IMG/VR virus record: IMGVR_UViG_3300008262_000017
Coordinates: 28,406 to 92,405 of that record
Source of the DNA: a virus
Direction: 5' to 3' (one strand)
DNA length: 64,000 nucleotides
The first letter of the stretch is position 1. The number at the start of each line of letters is the position of its first letter. The notes under the pieces were generated by a model that did not search any database, was not told where the DNA came from, and saw only the letters and a list, made by a program, of their open reading frames with translations. Made by a program: the position numbers and the translations under genes. Positions 58,601 to 64,000 of this stretch are shown here, in pieces.

Positions 58601-61600
58601 CTTCAATGGATTACTTGTAGAACCAACTTATACATTGGGACAAAATTATACTTTTAAAAATGATGATAGGCTACTTATATTAGAAGATATAGAATTAATC
58701 AAATATAATACTATTCAATTTTTAAACTCTACCTATGGTAATTTTAGTTATGAAGAATCTACATGTAGAAGAGATATCAGATATATTGTAGACGCAATGT
58801 GCTATGATTTACTCTATGGCGGTAACAGTCAAACAGTAAATGCAGCATTATCGTATAAAGATGGTAGTGTAATTAGCGGAGAAATTGAAGAAACAAAAGC
58901 TGCATACGAATATTGGCAATCAATTATAGGAAAGATTTTAAAGAATCAAGTTGTTGATACAACTATAACTGGTCAAGTAACTAACTTACCAATAGGTTCC
59001 CCAATAGATCCAGAATTTCCAAGCAACTCTGCAGAAAATCTTTTACAAATAATTATAGATGTACTTGATAATGGTACAGGTTATATTCCTGTAAACCCAA
59101 TTCAACCAACTTATACAAATGGTGTTGCTAGCTTGTTAGTAGAAAGAAATAACATTCTTGCTGAAACACTAGCTATTCAAGAAAGTGTTATTGATTTTCT
59201 AAATACAACATACGGTGGATCATCGAGGGTGTTTACATTTCCTCGAGTTCTGTCAGTAGAAAGCGGAGTAGAACCTAGATTTCATAATGTAAGTACAATT
59301 AGTACAGCAAGTACAGCTTTAGAATATGTAGGATCTGGTGTAACATATAACGCACTTCCATTCTTTGGCGGTGAACCAATACCTAAAAAAGAACGTGTTG
59401 AAAGAAATTACGGTAGATGCTTTACGGTTTCTAGCGATCAAATAGGTAACTATCGAGTCGGTGAATTCTTTAAGATTAATGCCCTAAGCGGAGAAATAGA
59501 TTTATTTGCAGATCAACTAAACTTGTCTGGTATTTCAAGTCTTGGTCCATTTATTAGAGATGGTGTTCCTGTTGGTGTAGCAATAAGAGAAGTTAGCAAC
59601 AATGCAAACTTAATTTCTTCTACTGGAAGTGCGGATCCTAATACAGTTCCTACACAACCAGCAGTTCAAACTTATGTTGAAAATAGATATCTAAACAAAG
59701 TTGCTACAGGAGCTCAAACAGTAGAAAGTGATGTTGCGTTTATTAGGGATGTTGAAATTCGCGGAGCTGATTTAAACACTGATCAACTAACATTTAATTT
59801 ATTAAACACTACAGCAACAACTGTTAATGCGTTTGGCGATGCTACTACTATTGTAATTGGAGACTCTACTGGTACATTAACTATCAACAACAGCCAAGTT
59901 GTTTTAAACAGTACAACCTCTTTACAAATACCTGTAGGTGATAATAGTCAAAGACCAAGTCCTACCGCAGTAGGACAAATTAGATACAATAGCGAAACTT
60001 CTTCTTTTGAAGGATTTGGTCCAGGTGGATCATGGCGTAGTTTAGGCGGAGTTCGATCAGTTGATGGATTAACAGAAATTACTCCAGAATCTGCACCAGG
60101 TGCTAGCGATGACATTTTAAGATTTTATGTTGCTGATGTTGACAACGTTACAAGTAAATTAGTTGTAACATTAGACAACGAAAGTTTAATTATATTAAAT
60201 GACACTCAATCAACAGACAAAGACACTGGTGCATTGATTGTTGAAGGAGGCGTTGGTATTGAGAAAAACTTAAATGTTGGTGCAAATTTAACAGTTGATG
60301 TAGACGCTACAGTTACTGGGGATCTAGCAGTCAATGGAGGTGATCTTACTACTACTGCTGCAACATTTAATTTAATTGATGCTAATGCAACTACTGTAAA
60401 TTTTGGCGGTGATGCTACTGCTGTTAACATAGGCGCACCAACCGGGACTACCAGTGTTAAAAATAATCTTGAAATTCAAGGTACATCTTTAACTACTACG
60501 CAAACAACGTTTAATTTATTAGACACTACTACTACAACTGTAAATTTTGCAGGCGCAGGAACAGCAATTCATATTGGTTCTCCTGTCGGAACTACTACTA
60601 TAAAAAATAATTTAGAAGTAGACATTAACACTACTTTAGGTTTAGACACTGACAGTTTAAATATTATTAACGGTAAACTTACTGTAAACTTAAAAGATAA
60701 TGTAGCTGATATTTTTACAGTTAGGCAAGGTACTAACAACTATATTAAAATCAACACTGATGATAGTTTAGAAGTTATTACTTTTGGTGTATTGCCTAGA
60801 TACGAATTTTTAAATACTACTGATACAACTAGCATAACAGTAGCAAGCACAACATTTGCTGGCGGTGTTGGTATTGCTAAAAAGTTATTTGTAGGAACTG
60901 ATCTAAACGTTGCAAGTAATGCTACAATTGGCGATGCTGTAACTAATAGTCATTCGATAACAGGATCTGTATCAGTTACAGTTGCAGACGATACCTTAGC
61001 AGCATTTCAAATTAAAGAAAATTCTCTAGCATATTTTACAGTATCAACTACTAATAGCAGTGAAAATATTACATTTGAATCTACTCCTCAAATTAAGATT
61101 AATAATGTTACTGACAGCACTGACAAAGATACTGGAGCATTAGTTGTTGAAGGCGGAGTTGGAATTGAGAAAAACTTAAATGTTGGCGCAAATTTAACAG
61201 TTGATGTAGATGCTACAGTTACTGGAGATTTGGCAGTAAATGGCGGTGATTTAACTACTACTGCTACAACATTTAATTTAATTGATGCTAATGCAACTAC
61301 TGTAAATTTTGCAGGAGCAGCAACTACAATTGACATAGGTGCTAGTACCGGCACATTAACTATTAATAATACACAAGTTATTTTTAATAGCACAGATAGT
61401 ATTCAACTTCCTGTAGGTAATGTTGCACAAAGAGACTTAACACCAGTTCCTGGCCAAATTAGATACAATAGTGAACTTAGCAGTTTTGAAGGTTATGGTC
61501 CAGGAAATAACTGGGGAAGTTTGGGCGGAGTCAAAGATGTTGACGGAAATACATATATTATTCCTGAAACTGCACCTGCTGCTAACGAAAACATTTTATA

Positions 61601-61985
61601 TTTTTATAATAACGCAACGCAAACGTTAACTCTTGCTGAAACTCTATTTGATCTTAAAGTAGGAGTTGATGCTGTTATTAATAGTACTACTGCATCTACT
61701 ACTAAAACTACAGGAGCATTGGTTGTAGTTGGAGGAGTTGGAATAGGCGGAACAGTTAATGCCAATGAACTAACATTAACTACAGACTTAGAAGTTCAAT
61801 ATGGCGGCACCGGCCAAAGCACATTTACAGAAAACGGTGTTATCTATGGCAACAACGCCAGCGGTTTATTAGTAACCGCAGAAAGCAATCCTGGCTCAAA
61901 TGCAACAACAAGCTACGGCATATTAACTACAGATATAAATAATGTACCAGTCTGGACAGATGTCATAGACGGTGGTAGTTATTAA
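55659..61985 (+). CDS. Large virion fibre/spike protein: pectin-lyase-like beta-helix, four helical CxRD repeats, fibre repeats
   Basis: YVTLDGDDNNDG..RTLKSAL..IFVRSGEYYE..SIIGDNLR beta-helix cap; GALxVxGGVGI and GQIRYNSE..FEG fibre motifs. Confidence 0.75.
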   Translation: MKYLRRQNLNVNNVLDNTVLQGADGNIELNPTQKVTINGDLNFGPGFAIPGTEVTNVMYVTLDGDDNNDGFGEGPNQAKRTLKSALEAAEQDTTIFVRSGEYYEDNPLRVPPKVSIIGDNLRNVIIRPLNGPKSANVTFVEKTDEIVTITTESPHGLVVGDRLRVRVQLGSIINATSIIPGNRYRVLTVGDTDFVAIGSKANQIGDIFKATDVGTGTGTVQWVEVDDDDVNILEVPSTTTITYRQVGSDVVGISAVGKIKWAPDLFLVNSRVYLANMVFKGLAAPAYCLNIDDDAIVDTSPYIQNCSNINGPWLKNGEEWLPFQTTQPDLNGNPIKGPRPLVDNEVDPTQLAVYGIDTEGAGGGMLIDGDRYSSESPIKSMVADAFTQVAQGAIGFHITNFGYMQLVSCFSVFCKKGFYTTRGGYLSISNSVIDFGDEGFVADGYYPDPYGSGLVTQDYYGSVISTTVSFAGSGYTGIPTVYIEPPTSPGGIQAEATASIDPILGIVNAINIENEGSGYDFTPALTISGGGASQNATGFANLRKNESIVVSQLSNKPQVGSVMFLENDPIAYYVTQVTEDNFTFKYDQQKCRRDVGIILDAALADAVLNSNYRSTSAGLSYLRSYSSKVTSAQKAQTIAGINEAKAQALALITDPASLVSIAAGFNIVTSIIEFGSSVAPTIVNLDPVTNEPGYTEASKILLANKQFIEDEIISWINSNTNFSYNEAKCKRDVELIIKAVLSDIVFGSNYQTITAGLAYLRSYSSVVIASQKAQTVAGLLKARDIAISLITDVSVISDITQRFQIIVDLINNGNPGSAPSTIMPIPAGADLGYVNASQQLTVNKSFIVEELISYINDNLSPLAIPGYNETTCRRDAGYLIDAIKFDLLYGGNSATVTAANSYINGAANVVGSQLPEHADVYGHLKDFIDNIILADTAGWTKSVSNTATQNTSSAGGGSGFSASKAQDLVQIIIDVIDSSVVFNGLLVEPTYTLGQNYTFKNDDRLLILEDIELIKYNTIQFLNSTYGNFSYEESTCRRDIRYIVDAMCYDLLYGGNSQTVNAALSYKDGSVISGEIEETKAAYEYWQSIIGKILKNQVVDTTITGQVTNLPIGSPIDPEFPSNSAENLLQIIIDVLDNGTGYIPVNPIQPTYTNGVASLLVERNNILAETLAIQESVIDFLNTTYGGSSRVFTFPRVLSVESGVEPRFHNVSTISTASTALEYVGSGVTYNALPFFGGEPIPKKERVERNYGRCFTVSSDQIGNYRVGEFFKINALSGEIDLFADQLNLSGISSLGPFIRDGVPVGVAIREVSNNANLISSTGSADPNTVPTQPAVQTYVENRYLNKVATGAQTVESDVAFIRDVEIRGADLNTDQLTFNLLNTTATTVNAFGDATTIVIGDSTGTLTINNSQVVLNSTTSLQIPVGDNSQRPSPTAVGQIRYNSETSSFEGFGPGGSWRSLGGVRSVDGLTEITPESAPGASDDILRFYVADVDNVTSKLVVTLDNESLIILNDTQSTDKDTGALIVEGGVGIEKNLNVGANLTVDVDATVTGDLAVNGGDLTTTAATFNLIDANATTVNFGGDATAVNIGAPTGTTSVKNNLEIQGTSLTTTQTTFNLLDTTTTTVNFAGAGTAIHIGSPVGTTTIKNNLEVDINTTLGLDTDSLNIINGKLTVNLKDNVADIFTVRQGTNNYIKINTDDSLEVITFGVLPRYEFLNTTDTTSITVASTTFAGGVGIAKKLFVGTDLNVASNATIGDAVTNSHSITGSVSVTVADDTLAAFQIKENSLAYFTVSTTNSSENITFESTPQIKINNVTDSTDKDTGALVVEGGVGIEKNLNVGANLTVDVDATVTGDLAVNGGDLTTTATTFNLIDANATTVNFAGAATTIDIGASTGTLTINNTQVIFNSTDSIQLPVGNVAQRDLTPVPGQIRYNSELSSFEGYGPGNNWGSLGGVKDVDGNTYIIPETAPAANENILYFYNNATQTLTLAETLFDLKVGVDAVINSTTASTTKTTGALVVVGGVGIGGTVNANELTLTTDLEVQYGGTGQSTFTENGVIYGNNASGLLVTAESNPGSNATTSYGILTTDINNVPVWTDVIDGGSY
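60210..61310 (+). repeat. Intragenic 195-nt direct repeat (60210-60404 and 61116-61310)
   Basis: STDKDTGAL(I/V)VEGGVGIEKNLNVGANL..NATTVNF; 63/65 aa identical. Confidence 0.9.
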
Positions 61986-62057
61986 GGGCGGCAAGGAAAC
62001 TTGCCCTGACCCGCAGGGCGCCAAAAGGCTTGACCCAACCCTATATAGGACAGTAGA

Positions 62058-64000
62058 ATGGCAAGTAAAATTAAACACAAACGTTCCAGTGTAGCTGGAA
62101 GAGTCCCAGTAGCCGCAGATCTAGAAGCCGGCGAACTAGCATTAAACACAAACGACGGTAAAGTTTATCTTAAAAAAGATAACGATGATATTTTAGATAT
62201 TACTTCAACTATCTTTAAAAACGATTCTAACGCAACAATATCTGACACCGGCGGTAACGGTCAATTTAATGTAACTATAGACGGAGATTCTAAATTTACA
62301 ATATCTGCTCAGCAGAATTTATTAGATCAAACAACAACAGTTGAAAATGCTAATGAAATAAGATTTAAAGAAGCCACAACTAACGGTCAAAACTATGTAG
62401 GTGTTAAAGCCCCTGAAAATTTACCAAACAGTTACACTTTAAATTTACCACAGATTAACGGAACTTTAGGTCAAACATTAAGCACTGATGGAGCTGGTAA
62501 TTTATTATGGAGTGACCCTGATTTATTTGGAGGAAACAGAATTTATGTTTCTTCAGCAAAAGGAAATGATGCAAACGACGGTATAACTGCACCTGTACAA
62601 ACTGTTAAACGTGCGTGTCAAATCGCATCAGGTTATGTTTATTCTCCAACAAATATTTTTAATGAAGAAATCTGCTCACGTGACGTAGGTTTAATTATTG
62701 ATGCATTAGGTTACGATTTAATCTATGGATCAAATTGGCAAAGTGTCAAAGCAGGATTAATGTACTATAATTCTGTTGCATCTGAAGTGTTGACAAGTCA
62801 AAAAACTCTAACACTAAATGCTTTAAATTATTTAAAAACACAAGTTGTAGATACTCAAGTAGTAAGTTCTGCAGAAGCAACTTTAATTAACGATCGAACT
62901 TTAGAAATTATTGACATTTTTAATAATGGAACCGCAGCAGCTGATGCTATAACTATGCCAAGTCCTGCAGGTGCTGTAGCAGGATACACTAATGCTAAAA
63001 ATCTTTTATTAGCAAACGTTGACTTTATTGCAGATGAAGTAATCAGTTGGGTTAATTTTCAAATTACAAACAATATTGCACCGTTTGTTGGATTTACTTA
63101 TGACTCAGTTGCTTGCCGCAGAGACGCAAGATATATTGTTTTTAGCGTAGCATATGATTTAATATATGGCGGAAACAGCCAATCAGTTGACGCAGGTTTA
63201 AAATATTTTGACGGACTAGGTGACGCAGTTACTTCTTTCATTGTAGGTCAAGAAACACAAACTGTAGCAGCGCAACAAAGAGCAAAGTTTGTAGCACAAC
63301 AAGTTGCACAAAGTTTAACAAGCTGGACAAAATATACAGCTCTAACTCAAATTACTGGTACTGCGGGAAGCACTGATGCTGCAACTCAAATTGGTGTTCT
63401 ATATGATATAATTTCAAATATTGTAACAAACGGACCTGCTGGTGCTCCAGCAATACTATTACCAAGCGAATTAGTAGATCCGCAATTAGATGCTGCAAGA
63501 ACTACGCTGTTAGCCAGCAAAGTAGAAATTCAGACTCGAGTAGTTGCGTTTGCAAGCGATTACAGACCTAACGGAGTCAAGTATGCTATTGTAGTTGCGG
63601 CAGGTGAATACTACGAAGATAATCCGATGATTATTCCTGACAACGTGTCTGTACTAGGTGACGGTTTACGTACTTGTATTATGCGACCATTGAACGCAAA
63701 CAAAGATATGTTGCGTGTAAGAACTGGTTGCTACTTTAACGAATTTACTTTTAGAGACGGTGTAGTAAATGGAGTTCCTACATATACATTTGACTATTCT
63801 GTAGCATTTGACAATGCCGCAGATAAAACAACAAGTCGAATAGGTTATGTAAACTTACCAGTATCTAAGCCAGTTATTAACGTGTCACCGTTTATTCAGA
63901 ACGTGTCTTTGATTTCATTCTTAGGCGGCAACGGTGTATTGGTAGATGGTAACTTAGTTCAAACTCCTAACCAGTCAACTGTGCCAATCGAATCTGAAAA
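62058..64000 (+). CDS. Large virion fibre protein, truncated at window end; shares modules with 55659..61985
   Basis: Not in the ORF track. My translation is open from ATG 62058 to the window end: MASKIKHKRSSVAGRVP..LEAGELALNTNDGKVY, YVSSAKGNDANDG, two CxRD repeats, AAGEYYEDNP..VLGDGLR. Confidence 0.85.
   Translation, partial: MASKIKHKRSSVAGRVPVAADLEAGELALNTNDGKVYLKKDNDDILDITSTIFKNDSNATISDTGGNGQFNVTIDGDSKFTISAQQNLLDQTTTVENANEIRFKEATTNGQNYVGVKAPENLPNSYTLNLPQINGTLGQTLSTDGAGNLLWSDPDLFGGNRIYVSSAKGNDANDGITAPVQTVKRACQIASGYVYSPTNIFNEEICSRDVGLIIDALGYDLIYGSNWQSVKAGLMYYNSVASEVLTSQKTLTLNALNYLKTQVVDTQVVSSAEATLINDRTLEIIDIFNNGTAAADAITMPSPAGAVAGYTNAKNLLLANVDFIADEVISWVNFQITNNIAPFVGFTYDSVACRRDARYIVFSVAYDLIYGGNSQSVDAGLKYFDGLGDAVTSFIVGQETQTVAAQQRAKFVAQQVAQSLTSWTKYTALTQITGTAGSTDAATQIGVLYDIISNIVTNGPAGAPAILLPSELVDPQLDAARTTLLASKVEIQTRVVAFASDYRPNGVKYAIVVAAGEYYEDNPMIIPDNVSVLGDGLRTCIMRPLNANKDMLRVRTGCYFNEFTFRDGVVNGVPTYTFDYSVAFDNAADKTTSRIGYVNLPVSKPVINVSPFIQNVSLISFLGGNGVLVDGNLVQTPNQSTVPIESE

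Noticed and set aside
425-61393. Numerous 60-150 aa ORFs antisense to or nested in long genes (e.g. 12444..12848, 29444..29830, 49524..49973, 61088..61393)
   Set aside because: They lie wholly within well-supported genes and have shadow-ORF composition.
55659-64000. Diversity-generating retroelement (TR/VR) behind the fibre repeats
   Set aside because: Repeat differences are mostly synonymous and not adenine-specific; no reverse transcriptase in the window.
1-64000. Stop-codon reassignment as seen in some large phages
   Set aside because: Core genes are full length in the standard code and coding density is high.

Overview
64 kb from the genome of a large, AT-rich T4-like (gp23-type capsid) myovirus, read in the standard genetic code. 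From left to right: (1) a minus-strand cluster of two radical-SAM enzymes and three DxD glycosyltransferase-like genes with its own sigma70-type promoter (1-5751); (2) a minus-strand late baseplate/tail-fibre operon (5821-36971) with three paralogous fibre/wedge proteins, a 4588-aa wedge protein, and gp6, gp25, gp5, hub, gp53 and tube-initiator homologues; (3) plus-strand gp55 late sigma factor, gp47/gp46 (Mre11/Rad50) and a small GIY-YIG nuclease, followed by about 500 nt of highly structured non-coding sequence; (4) a gp26-like/gp51-like chaperone pair joined by an apparent -1 frameshift cassette, divergent from the tape-measure gene; (5) the head module (gp20, core proteins, gp21, gp22, gp23); (6) large virion/fibre proteins, the last one truncated. 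Main leads: a multi-pseudoknot candidate large ncRNA directly behind a minimal GIY-YIG nuclease, phycobiliprotein-like CxRD helical repeats in virion proteins, the G/GT-type frameshift, and a terminator hairpin that contains an early promoter. All functional calls come from motif recognition by eye; no database searches or folding programs were run.
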